Made by a program: the position numbers and the translations under genes | Virus record (IMG/VR): IMGVR_UViG_3300045988_175829 | Span: 1-33,350 of that record | Strand: one strand, 5' to 3' | From: a virus | DNA length: 33,350 nucleotides | The notes under the pieces: generated by a model | What the model saw: only the letters and a program-made list of their open reading frames with translations | The model's database searches: none | Told to the model about the DNA's origin: nothing | Part shown: positions 8,080-16,074 of the stretch, one piece after another | Numbering within the stretch: position 1 is the stretch's first letter | Layout: every line of letters starts with the position of its first letter

Positions 8080-8381
8080 GCATGGCGTCATACGAACCCG
8101 GCAGCGGCTACAACCTGCCGCCGGGGTGCTACGACTCTGACCCCAACGCGCCGTGGAACCAGGCCGACGAGCCGACCTGCGGGGAGTGCTGCCACCTGCT
8201 TGAAGGATGCTGCGACTTCGGCATCTGCGAGATTGAGTTCGAGGAGGCCTTCGAGGAGCAGCAGGCGCGGGAGCGGCTTGCGGCATGGGAGGCCGCGTGC
8301 TGGTCTCGCGACTGGATCGTCGACCACTACAAGGACATGCAGGAGGACAGCTGCCCCAAATGGGAGGAGTGGCGCAAGTGA
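8076..8381 (+). CDS. Cys-rich acidic protein, 101 aa (CGECCHLLEGCCDFGIC).
   Basis: ATG at 8076 overlaps the upstream stop, in frame with track ORF 8010..8381. Confidence 0.5.
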   Translation: MSMASYEPGSGYNLPPGCYDSDPNAPWNQADEPTCGECCHLLEGCCDFGICEIEFEEAFEEQQARERLAAWEAACWSRDWIVDHYKDMQEDSCPKWEEWRK

Positions 8382-8512
8382 CCAGACGCCACACGCCCGC
8401 ATGGTACGTGCGCAAGCTCGGGAAGGCGGTTGTCTGGTTGCTCATCGCTCTCGTCGGGCTTCTGGACGCCCTGCTTATCTACGGCCTGGTGCTTGCGTGG
8501 CGGTGCCTATGA
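8378..8512 (+). CDS. Possible small membrane protein, 44 aa, GTG start.
   Basis: GTG overlaps the upstream TGA. Hydrophobic segment VVWLLIALVGLLDALLIYGLVLAW. The start codon is uncertain. Confidence 0.35.
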   Translation: MTRRHTPAWYVRKLGKAVVWLLIALVGLLDALLIYGLVLAWRCL

Positions 8513-8655
8513 CCAACGAGGAGAGGACCAGGGCGCAGCTGGCCAAGCGCGCGCAGAGGATGCGCAGGTGCTGCGGCTGCACCATAGGAGAGATTGCCAG
8601 GGCGCTTGAGCTGACCGTCGCGGAGACGAAGCGCCTGCTCAAGATTGGAGGATGA
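8509..8655 (+). CDS. Small basic protein with a possible HTH, 48 aa.
   Basis: ATG overlaps the upstream stop (ATGA). Contains the motif TIGEIARALELTVAETKRLL. Confidence 0.4.
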   Translation: MTNEERTRAQLAKRAQRMRRCCGCTIGEIARALELTVAETKRLLKIGG

Positions 8656-8656
8656 C

Positions 8657-8773
8657 ATGATCAGCAAGTTTATCGGGAAGGTCCTTGGGGCCGCAGTCGA
8701 GATATTCCTCATCGCGCTCACGTGCTACGGCATCGTGTGGGCGCTGACGGGAATCTCAGGACTGCTGCATTAA
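8657..8773 (+). CDS. Small membrane peptide, 38 aa. It is not in the ORF track because it is shorter than 60 aa.
   Basis: ATG at 8657 with RBS GGAGGATGAC. Hydrophobic peptide MISKFIGKVLGAAVEIFLIALTCYGIVWALTGISGLLH. Confidence 0.4.
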   Translation: MISKFIGKVLGAAVEIFLIALTCYGIVWALTGISGLLH

Positions 8774-8867
8774 CAGGCCCTGGGAGCACCCAGAAGGGGC
8801 TTCTCAAGAAGAAGCCAGGCAACGCGGGGCGGGCGCAATGCCCGCCCCTTCTCAGGAAGGAGAGCGA

Positions 8868-9404
8868 ATGAAGGTCGAGCAGGTGCCGCTGGGCACGCTG
8901 AGACCCTACGACGGCAACGCCAAGAAGCACACCGAGGAGCAGCTGGAGGCTGTGAAGAACAGCATCCGGGAGTTCGGGTTCAGAAACCCGGTCATCGCCT
9001 GGCACGACCAGGACGGCCGCGCCGAGATCGTGGCGGGCCATGCGAGGTGCAAGGCCGCGCAGGAGCTTGGCATGGACGAGGTTCCCGTCGTGTTCTGCGA
9101 CGATTTGACCGACGCGCAGCGCAGGGCGCTGACGCTGGTCGACAACCAAACGACCATGATGACGGGATGGGACGAGGACGCGCTGGCCTACGAGCTGGAC
9201 GTTCTGGCGGGCGACTTCGATATGTCGGACTTCGGTTTCGACCTTGGCGCGGCGGAAGACTTCGCCATGCCCGACGATTCGCCGCTCGAAGACGAGGGCG
9301 TCACCGTGGTCGCGAAGTTCGCGGACGTGGACGGCTACCGCGCGGCCATAGACGCGATAACCGAGGCCGTGCAGGCGCATGGTGGCGAGGTGTCGGTGCG
9401 ATAA
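8868..9404 (+). CDS. ParB-like nuclease domain protein.
   Basis: ATG at 8868 with RBS AGGAAGGAGAG. LRPYDGNAKKH followed by VAGHARCKAAQELG matches ParB N-terminal-domain box motifs. A location just upstream of the terminase module is typical for phage ParB-like proteins. Confidence 0.7.
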   Translation: MKVEQVPLGTLRPYDGNAKKHTEEQLEAVKNSIREFGFRNPVIAWHDQDGRAEIVAGHARCKAAQELGMDEVPVVFCDDLTDAQRRALTLVDNQTTMMTGWDEDALAYELDVLAGDFDMSDFGFDLGAAEDFAMPDDSPLEDEGVTVVAKFADVDGYRAAIDAITEAVQAHGGEVSVR

Positions 9405-9445
9405 GCCAGAGCGCTGGTTGGTGGAGAACCTTAGCAAGTAGCAAC

Positions 9446-9468
9446 GCCCCTCTTCGGAGGGGCTTTTT
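9446..9468 (+). terminator. Rho-independent terminator after the ParB-like gene.
   Basis: GC stem GCCCCTC-TTCG-GAGGGGC followed by TTTTT. Confidence 0.75.
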
Positions 9469-9506
9469 CATGCCTCTAAAAACTCTTAATGGGGTTAAGA
9501 TTCTTC

Positions 9507-9535
9507 TTGCAATAAAGTATTAGCAGTGCTAATAT
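9507..9535 (+). promoter_or_regulatory. Sigma70-like promoter (TTGCAA, 17 bp, TAATAT) with the inverted repeat TTAGCA-G-TGCTAA (9520-9532) in the spacer. This is the likely hicAB promoter and operator.
   Basis: The hexamers and spacing were read directly. The perfect palindrome overlaps the -10 element. Confidence 0.6.
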
Positions 9536-9557
9536 AGTGTCAACGAAAGGAGGAGCG

Positions 9558-9737
9558 GTGACCAAGAAGAGAGACCTCGAGAAGGAGCTTTCCAAGGCCG
9601 GGGGAAGGTTCCTGAAGCCGGGCGGCAACCACGACATCTGGATAGCCCCCAACGGCGCGAGGGTGGCGGTGCCGAGACACCGGGAGATACCTGAGAACAC
9701 GGCGAACGACATACGCAAGGAGGCCGGGCTGAGATAG
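9558..9737 (+). CDS. hicA: HicA-family mRNA-interferase toxin.
   Basis: GTG at 9558 sits 6 nt after AAAGGAGGA. The motif KRDLEKELSKAGGRFLKPGGNHDIWIAPNGARVAVPRH...IRKEAGL is canonical HicA. The track ORF uses an upstream GTG at 9537 that has no RBS. Confidence 0.8.
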   Translation: MTKKRDLEKELSKAGGRFLKPGGNHDIWIAPNGARVAVPRHREIPENTANDIRKEAGLR

Positions 9738-9777
9738 CCCGGCCATCCGGCCACCGCCGAGACGATAGGAGGACGAG

Positions 9778-10227
9778 ATGCTTTACATGAGGGACTTCGA
9801 GCTGTTCGATGACGAGGGCATGGTGTGCGCCGAGCCGTTCGGCATGGAAGGCGCGACGTGCGGCGAGGACATGAACGACGCGGCGCTCATGGCCGCCGAG
9901 TGGCTGCGCATCCACGTGCTGGACGCATTGGGGCAAGGGAAGGAGTTCCCGCAGGGCAGCGTGGGAAACGAGCCGCGCCACGGCGGGAGGGTCATAACCG
10001 TGGCCGTGGAGGCGAGCCTGAACGACGTGCCCGCCATGACGGCGGCCGAGGCGGCGCGGGAGCTTGGGGTCAGCACCGCCCGCGTGGCGCAGCTCTGCGC
10101 CTCCGGCCAGCTCGACAGCTGGAAGGTCGGGGCCACCCGCATGGTGTCCGAGGACTCCGTGCTCATCCGCAAGATGGACGCGCCGAGAACCGGGCGGCCC
10201 GCCGAGCGCAAGGCCGCCATGGCGTAG
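9778..10227 (+). CDS. hicB: HicB-family antitoxin with a C-terminal HTH.
   Basis: RBS GGAGGACGAG. The N-terminal YMRDFELFDDEGMVCAEPFGM is HicB/UPF0150-like, and the C-terminal MTAAEAARELGVSTARVAQL is an HTH. It follows hicA directly. Confidence 0.75.
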   Translation: MLYMRDFELFDDEGMVCAEPFGMEGATCGEDMNDAALMAAEWLRIHVLDALGQGKEFPQGSVGNEPRHGGRVITVAVEASLNDVPAMTAAEAARELGVSTARVAQLCASGQLDSWKVGATRMVSEDSVLIRKMDAPRTGRPAERKAAMA

Positions 10228-10252
10228 CCGCGACCACATGCAGCGCAGCATA

Positions 10253-10282
10253 GGGGCATCCCTTCGGGGGTGCCCCTTTCTC
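10253..10282 (+). terminator. Putative rho-independent terminator after hicB.
   Basis: Hairpin GGGGCATCCC-TTCG-GGGGTGCCCC followed by TTTCTC. Confidence 0.5.
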
Positions 10283-10321
10283 ATGCCCCGGCTACCCTAC
10301 GGCCAGACGATAGGGGGAGAC

Positions 10322-10612
10322 ATGGCGGGCACGAAGTACGCGAACAACGGCAGCGCGAGGACCAAGCTGCGCAACAGGCTGAGGCAGGAGGGCAGGCCGT
10401 GCCACCTGTGCGGCCAGCCGATAGACTACGACCTGCCGAGCGGCGACCCGTGGAGCTTCGAGCTTGACCACGTTGTGCCCTTGGCTAGGGGCGGCGCGCC
10501 GTGGGACTACGCGAACGCGGCGGCCTCGCACCGCATCTGCAACCAGCGCAAGGGGAAAAAGATGCCGACGGACGGGCAGGCGTTCGAGATAAGGCGCACG
10601 AGGCTCTTCTAG
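10322..10612 (+). CDS. HNH endonuclease (terminase-associated).
   Basis: 96-aa ORF with RBS AGGGGGAGA. The motif CHLCGQP...ELDHVVPLARGG...NAAASHRICNQRKG is an HNH signature. Its position immediately upstream of terS is typical of HNH-dependent cos packaging. Confidence 0.8.
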   Translation: MAGTKYANNGSARTKLRNRLRQEGRPCHLCGQPIDYDLPSGDPWSFELDHVVPLARGGAPWDYANAAASHRICNQRKGKKMPTDGQAFEIRRTRLF

Positions 10613-10699
10613 GGCCTGTATGGCGCTGCACGGCACCGGGCTAGGCACGAGGGCATATCGTGGCCCAGGTGCGATTCTGTGGCGTTTGGCGGCGCTTCT

Positions 10700-10800
10700 G
10701 GATTGACGGGGGGCGTTACCCCTCCCCAGGGGCCGCTCGGCACCCCGCGGCGATATGCCAATATCCCCCCGAGGGTTTCCAGCAACAGGGGGGGGGTATC
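10700..10800. other. Candidate cos / packaging-initiation region between the HNH and terS genes.
   Basis: Non-coding stretch of about 225 bp containing G6, C4TC4, C6 and G9 runs, the inverted repeat GATAT-N4-ATATC, and a C6...G9 inverted pair flanking 17 nt (the sequence between C6 at 10765-10770 and G9 at 10788-10796). Confidence 0.4.
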
Positions 10801-10837
10801 TCACGCCCCGCCTACCATCCCTCCTGAAGGAGGAAGC

Positions 10838-11281
10838 ATGGTAGAGATTCCGCAGGACATAGCGCAGGACGCAGCCCAGGCCGCGATATGGTCCGAGCTG
10901 GTGGCCGATGACAGCCGATTCACGGAGCAGGACGTGCCCGCCCTGCGGCTGCTGTGCTTCTGGCACGCCGTGGCCATGGAGGCCCAGCGGCAGATGACCC
11001 ACAACGGGAAGATGGCGATATTCGACCCCATCGCCCTGAAGCCCTTCACCGACGCGAGCGGGAAGGCGCCGTTCATGGTGCGCAAGTCCCCCGCCCTCGC
11101 GGTGCTGAAGGAGGCCACGGCCGAGATTCGCGCCCTCTCGGACGCCCTCGGACTGACCCCTGCGGCCAGGAGCCGCATGGGCGCGGAGTCCAGACCCAAG
11201 CGCGACGGCGCGAAGGCGGAGTTTCTGACGCTGATGTTCAGCGACCGCGCCGAGAAGGAGCGCAAGGCGGCTGATGCCTAG
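10838..11281 (+). CDS. terS: Terminase small subunit (P27-like).
   Basis: ATG at 10838 with RBS GAAGGAGGAAGC. 147 aa. The C-terminal motif ALGLTPAARSRMG is typical of the P27 terS family, and the gene sits upstream of terL. Confidence 0.7.
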   Translation: MVEIPQDIAQDAAQAAIWSELVADDSRFTEQDVPALRLLCFWHAVAMEAQRQMTHNGKMAIFDPIALKPFTDASGKAPFMVRKSPALAVLKEATAEIRALSDALGLTPAARSRMGAESRPKRDGAKAEFLTLMFSDRAEKERKAADA

Positions 11282-12696
11282 TGGAGCCGAACCAGACGCC
11301 AACATACGAGGCGAACATCCCGGAGGACTTGACCGGTGACGGCGCGATGGCCGCTGAGCTTGCCGCCCTTTACTTCGGCGAGCCTATGCCCTGGCAACCG
11401 CACCTGCTGGATGTGATGCTCGCCCGCGACAGCCACGACAAGTTCGCGGCGCCCGAGGTGGGAATCTCCATCCCCCGCCAGAACGGCAAGAGCTTCATCG
11501 TGCGCGCCCGCTGCCTCTACGGCGCGCTGAACGGCGAGAAAATCCTATACACGTGCCACCACGGGGACACCTCGGACGAGATGTTCCAGGAGCTCTCCGC
11601 CATCTTCGAGGACGAGGAGAACGACGAACTGCACGACCTGCTGAAGCACGTCCGCAAGACCAACGGCAAGCAGGCGATCGTGCTGAAGAACGGCGGCTTG
11701 ATCCGCTTCACCACCCGCACCGACTCCGGCGGGCGCGGAAAGTCGTTCGACGTGCTCATCCTCGACGAGGCGCAGGAGCTCACCGACTCGCAGCAGGCCG
11801 CCCTGCTGCCGTCAATCAGCGCGGGGCCGAAGCACAACCCGCAGACCATCTACCTTGGCACCCCGCCTGACACGAAATGCACCGGCACCGTGTTCAGGAG
11901 CCTCCGCACCGACATCCGCAAGGGCGATTCGCTCATGGCGTGGGTCGAGTGGGGCGCTACCGAAGTGGGTGACAAGCACGACCGCGCACGATGGTACGAG
12001 TTCAACCCGAGCCTGGGAACCGTGCTGAGCGTGAAGGCCGTCGAATCGGAGTGCAACCAGATGCAGCCCGAGGTCTTCGCAAGGGAACGTCTGGGCTACT
12101 GGGCACCCACCGCAGGCGCGAAGCTGGCGTTGAACCCGGACGATTGGGCGAAGGCGTTGCGCGAGGAACCCATGGAGGACGGCAAGCTCAGCTTCGGCGT
12201 GAAGTTCGACCCCGATGGGGAGAAGGCCGCCATCTCGTGGGCATTGACGGAGCGCAACGGCGGTTCATACGTGGAGCTGTACGACATCACCGACGCCAGC
12301 ACCGGGCCGATAGCGGACATGCTGATCCGCAACGCCGACGAGATCGCCGCAGTGTTCATCGACGGCAAGGGCAAGACCGAGACGCTTGTGCAGAAGCTGA
12401 AGGACGGCCATTTCCCCGCCAAGGCGATCATGGCGGGCACCCCGGCCACCATGCAGGCCGCATCCGCGATGTTCAAGGACGAACTGGAAGCAGGGACGCT
12501 GACACACATCGAGTCACCGGCACTTGACGCGAGCGCCACCGGAAGCGTGAAGCGCGACATTGGCGGCAACGGCGGATGGGGCTTCGGCGATGGGGACGGG
12601 TGCATGTCCATCCCAGTTGAATCTGCGGCCGGAGCGCTGTATGCGGGCCGCACCACGAAACGAGAGCCAAGACGGCAACAGGAGGCGAACTTCTAA
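11281..12696 (+). CDS. terL: Terminase large subunit.
   Basis: Walker A is PRQNGKS and Walker B is VLILDEAQEL. 471 aa. The start may be the GTG at 11281, which overlaps the terS stop, or the ATG at 11347. Confidence 0.85.
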   Translation: MEPNQTPTYEANIPEDLTGDGAMAAELAALYFGEPMPWQPHLLDVMLARDSHDKFAAPEVGISIPRQNGKSFIVRARCLYGALNGEKILYTCHHGDTSDEMFQELSAIFEDEENDELHDLLKHVRKTNGKQAIVLKNGGLIRFTTRTDSGGRGKSFDVLILDEAQELTDSQQAALLPSISAGPKHNPQTIYLGTPPDTKCTGTVFRSLRTDIRKGDSLMAWVEWGATEVGDKHDRARWYEFNPSLGTVLSVKAVESECNQMQPEVFARERLGYWAPTAGAKLALNPDDWAKALREEPMEDGKLSFGVKFDPDGEKAAISWALTERNGGSYVELYDITDASTGPIADMLIRNADEIAAVFIDGKGKTETLVQKLKDGHFPAKAIMAGTPATMQAASAMFKDELEAGTLTHIESPALDASATGSVKRDIGGNGGWGFGDGDGCMSIPVESAAGALYAGRTTKREPRRQQEANF

Positions 12697-14123
12697 TGGA
12701 GAAGATAGAGATGGAAATCGTCGAGGGCATCTCCCGCGCGGACGGCCTCGCCGACGAGGACCGCGACACGGCGGTTAAGCTCATGCAGGTCTGGCGGCAG
12801 AAGAACGAGCGTAATCTGCTTAGGGAGAAGTACTACCTCGGCCACGTCCTGGTGCGTGACCTGGGAATCGCCATGCCCAAAAGCCTCGCGCAGAAGATCG
12901 ACCCGCGCATCGACTGGCCGCGCAAGGCCGTCCACGCGCTGGCCGACCGCAGCGTGCTCAACGGCTTCACGAGCGACGACGAGGCGGTCACAGAGGAGCT
13001 TCGTGACATCTACGCGGCCAACAGCCTCGATTTGCTCTACCGCAAGAACCTCATATGCGAGCTGAAGCACTGCTGCGGCTTCTGGACCGTCACCGACGAC
13101 GGCGGCGGCTACCCGGTCATCTCGGCGTATCCCGCCACTGCCGCGGCGGCGCTGTGGGACGACGCCCGCAAGGAGATCGAGGCCGGGCTGGTGGTCGCCG
13201 AGTCGAAGAAGATGCCGGGAGACACCGAGAGGGTGCCGACCGTGGTGCACCTGCTCACCGCAGACAGCCTAGTGGTTCTCACTCGGGTCGGTGGCTCATG
13301 GCGTGCGGAGTACCGCGAGCACTCCATGGGCAGATGCCTCATGGAGCCCATGGCCCACGGCGCCACCTTGGAGCGCCCCTTCGGGACCTCGCGCATCACC
13401 CGCGCCGTGATGAGCATCACGGACGACGCGATCAGGCAGCGTGCGCGCATGGAGGTGGCGGCGGAATCCGCCACGCTCCCGCAGATGTGGCTGCTCGGTA
13501 CCGACAAGCGCGTCACCAACGACGGCAACAGGTACTCCGCTTCCATGGGCGCCATCAACGAGGTGACGAAGGACCGCGACGGCGATGTGCCGACCGTCTG
13601 GCAGTCCTCGCAGCTCCAGATGGCACCGCTCACGGAGTACTTCAAGGCGCTCGCGTGCCAGATGAGCAGCGTGACAGACGTGCCGGTCTCGTTCTTCGGC
13701 GTGTCGAACGACAACCCCAGCTCTTCGGATGCCATCGCGGCATCTTTGGAGCCTTTGGTCATTGATGCCAAGAACCTGAACGCCGAGAACGGCCACGCCC
13801 TGCGTAACGTCGCCTATATGGCCCTGGCGGTGCTCCACGGCACCGACTTCGCCACGGAGCGAGACGCTGGCCACAACGTGAACGCCCGCTTCATGTCCCC
13901 GGCCTACCCCTCCGTCGTGAGCCAGAGCGACGCGATGCTCAAGCAGGCGCAGGCGTTCCCCAAGGTCGCGGCCTCGGACGTGGCGCTCGAGATGCTGGGC
14001 TACACCGACGAGCAGATGCAGCGCATCAACAGCGATTACAAGCGGGCGCAGGCCAACCAGGCGGTGCTCTCCCTGCTGACCCCGAAGGAGGACGGCGATG
14101 GAGATACCGCGCAGCCTGCTTAG
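12696..14123 (+). CDS. Portal protein (SPP1 gp6-like).
   Basis: 475 aa, immediately after terL (ATGA overlap). Motifs are portal-like and the gene sits in the canonical position. Confidence 0.8.
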   Translation: MEKIEMEIVEGISRADGLADEDRDTAVKLMQVWRQKNERNLLREKYYLGHVLVRDLGIAMPKSLAQKIDPRIDWPRKAVHALADRSVLNGFTSDDEAVTEELRDIYAANSLDLLYRKNLICELKHCCGFWTVTDDGGGYPVISAYPATAAAALWDDARKEIEAGLVVAESKKMPGDTERVPTVVHLLTADSLVVLTRVGGSWRAEYREHSMGRCLMEPMAHGATLERPFGTSRITRAVMSITDDAIRQRARMEVAAESATLPQMWLLGTDKRVTNDGNRYSASMGAINEVTKDRDGDVPTVWQSSQLQMAPLTEYFKALACQMSSVTDVPVSFFGVSNDNPSSSDAIAASLEPLVIDAKNLNAENGHALRNVAYMALAVLHGTDFATERDAGHNVNARFMSPAYPSVVSQSDAMLKQAQAFPKVAASDVALEMLGYTDEQMQRINSDYKRAQANQAVLSLLTPKEDGDGDTAQPA

Positions 14124-15357
14124 CGAGCTGACGGATGCCGTCAACGCCCTGTCGGCATCGGCGCAGGCGCTGGCGGCTACCGCGCTCGACGAGATATTCA
14201 AGGAGTGGGACGGCTCAGACGTGACGGGGCTGCGCGTCGAGTGCATAGAGGCCTTGGAGGCCATCGAGAGCGTCTATTGCGACACCTACGCAGCGGGCAG
14301 GGCGGCGGAGTTCTACGAGGGCTGCAGGGCGGCGCAGGGCGTGCGCGGTGCCTACAGCGCCATCGCCGATTCCAGGCGCGACCCGCAGGCGCTTGCCGGT
14401 GCCGTGAGGGCCATGGTCCAGTACGTGGTCGACGGGGACACGGACAGGTACCGGCGCGAGTGCCTTTCGAGGATTGACGCGGACGTGCGGCGCTCCGCCA
14501 ACAGCTGCGTCGCCTACAACACCCGGCGCGACCCGAAGAAGCCGCGATATGCCCGTGTGCCCACCGGCGGCGAGACGTGCGGCTTCTGCCTCATGCTTTC
14601 CAGCTTCGGCTTCCACTACACCACGGAGGAGGCCGCGGGCCACGCGCACGATGGCTGCGACTGCCGCGTGGTGCCCAACTTCGGCAAGGCATCCGTGAAG
14701 GGCTACGACTCCGACGGCATGTATTCGCGCTACCAGGACGTTCTGGAAACCTTGGGCGGGCGCGACGGCATCCGCGCGGAGTGGGACGCGCTGCCCAAGG
14801 AGGAGCGCGAGGCGTACATCGCCAGCCACGGCAAGAAGGAGGGCGCGGCCTTCCAGAAGTACATGAACAAGCGCATGGTCGAGGAGATCGAGCTACGAGA
14901 CCCGAAGTGGTACGCAACGGGAGAACATTCCGGAATCGAGTTTGCCGGTTCTACCGTGAAAGATGAGAAGCTAAAGCGTTGGAGGCAATACCCCGGTGAG
15001 AGAATCACCGCCGAGAAAATAAACGCACTTGGTTACAAGACGGAGTTCTGGGAGGACGAGTCGCATTTGGCGGCTCCGAACGCGGATGGGAAAACGACGA
15101 TCAGCCGAGCTGACCTGTCCACAGGCATCGAGCTAAAGACGATCTACGGGGCAGGGTCTGAGAACACGTTCAAGTCCCACATCAAGTCGATATCAGGGAA
15201 GAACGGCGTGAAGCTCACTGTCGTCGACGTGAGCGAAAATGAAAAGGTTACAGACGAGCAGGCGATCAAGTGGATCAACAAGTACATGGCCCGCTATCAC
15301 ATCAGCGAAGTAAGGATGCTCGGGCACGATGGGAAACTATTGCGCATAAAGAAATAG
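14098..15357 (+). CDS. Head morphogenesis protein (MuF / SPP1 gp7-like) carrying an additional low-GC C-terminal domain of about 150 aa.
   Basis: RBS GAAGGAGG. The MuF-like core includes GETCGFC...DGCDCRVVP. The C-terminal portion, roughly 14900-15357, has a visibly lower GC and is unrelated to MuF. Confidence 0.7.
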   Translation: MEIPRSLLSELTDAVNALSASAQALAATALDEIFKEWDGSDVTGLRVECIEALEAIESVYCDTYAAGRAAEFYEGCRAAQGVRGAYSAIADSRRDPQALAGAVRAMVQYVVDGDTDRYRRECLSRIDADVRRSANSCVAYNTRRDPKKPRYARVPTGGETCGFCLMLSSFGFHYTTEEAAGHAHDGCDCRVVPNFGKASVKGYDSDGMYSRYQDVLETLGGRDGIRAEWDALPKEEREAYIASHGKKEGAAFQKYMNKRMVEEIELRDPKWYATGEHSGIEFAGSTVKDEKLKRWRQYPGERITAEKINALGYKTEFWEDESHLAAPNADGKTTISRADLSTGIELKTIYGAGSENTFKSHIKSISGKNGVKLTVVDVSENEKVTDEQAIKWINKYMARYHISEVRMLGHDGKLLRIKK

Positions 15358-15433
15358 CCAGCGGCTGCATGTCTCTATAGGTGAGTCAAACAACCTGCTG
15401 GCTAACCCGATTATAACCGCAAAAAGCAGCAAG

Positions 15434-15456
15434 GGCCACCTACGGGTGGCCTTTTT
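15434..15456 (+). terminator. Rho-independent terminator after the MuF gene.
   Basis: GGCCACC-TACG-GGTGGCC followed by TTTTT. Confidence 0.75.
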
Positions 15457-15497
15457 CATGCAGAATCTCACGCTCATAGGACACTACCATGCGACAG

Positions 15498-15566
15498 GGC
15501 CGCACGGCCCGAAACGCACATCTAAGGGGCTTGGCCGCACGGCCTGCCCGACGGGCCGCACGGTCC
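15498..15566. repeat. Three direct copies of GGCCGCACGG(C/T)C upstream of the scaffold gene.
   Basis: Copies at 15498-15511, 15534-15545 and 15553-15566, read directly. They lie between a terminator and the scaffold start. Confidence 0.6.
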
Positions 15567-15581
15567 GGGAAAGGACGCGAC

Positions 15582-16061
15582 ATGGCAGACCAGAGCGCAA
15601 CGGAACCCGCACAAGGCACGGAGCCGGCCCAGGAGCCGGCCAGCGGCACGGAACCCGACTACAAGGCGCTTTACGAGGCGGCGAAGGCGAATTCGCGCAA
15701 GTGGGAGAAGCAGGCCAAGGCCAACAAGGGCGCAGCATCGGCTCTGGACGAGGCAAACGAGGCGAAGAAGAGCGCCGACGAGAAGATCGCGGAGCTAGAG
15801 AAGCGACTCGACGCCAAGGAGAAGGCCGAGCGGCGCGCGAAGGTCGCAGCCAAGGTCGCGCAAGAGAAGGGCGTTCCCGCCGACCTGATCGTCGGCGACG
15901 ACGAGGAGAGCATGGCCGAATGGGCCGACAAGATGCTCGCCGCGTTCAAGAAGAAGCCCGCGCCGTCCGTGCAGAAGCCCGGCAGCTTCGCCAAGGACGA
16001 CGGCAAGGACCGAACGGAGCTGCGCGACTTCGCGTCGGCGCTCCTGGGCAACAAGCAATAG
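15582..16061 (+). CDS. Capsid scaffolding protein.
   Basis: ATG at 15582 with RBS GGGAAAGGA. 159-aa acidic and Lys-rich coiled-coil protein, immediately upstream of the major capsid gene. Confidence 0.65.
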   Translation: MADQSATEPAQGTEPAQEPASGTEPDYKALYEAAKANSRKWEKQAKANKGAASALDEANEAKKSADEKIAELEKRLDAKEKAERRAKVAAKVAQEKGVPADLIVGDDEESMAEWADKMLAAFKKKPAPSVQKPGSFAKDDGKDRTELRDFASALLGNKQ

Positions 16062-16074
16062 AGAAGGAGCCATC

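Noticed and set aside
8718-9437. 239-aa minus-strand ORF antisense to the ParB-like gene.
   Set aside because: Antisense to a motif-supported gene. No RBS, and GC-driven.
9537-9557. The GTG at 9537 used by the ORF track as the hicA start.
   Set aside because: It has no RBS, and the codon lies just downstream of the -10 element. The GTG at 9558 sits 6 nt after AAAGGAGGA and gives a canonical 59-aa HicA.
10613-10837. Checked the HNH-terS intergenic region for a tRNA gene.
   Set aside because: No cloverleaf-compatible acceptor and anticodon stems were found. Homopolymeric G and C runs dominate instead.
10292-11305. 337-aa minus-strand ORF spanning the HNH and terS genes and the cos candidate.
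   Set aside because: It crosses an obvious intergenic region and two supported genes on the other strand. It is a GC artefact.
15489-15581. Alternative upstream ATG for the scaffold protein (track ORF 15489..16061).
   Set aside because: It has no RBS, and the Arg-rich N-terminal extension is encoded by the GGCCGCACGGCC repeat region. The ATG at 15582 has a proper RBS.
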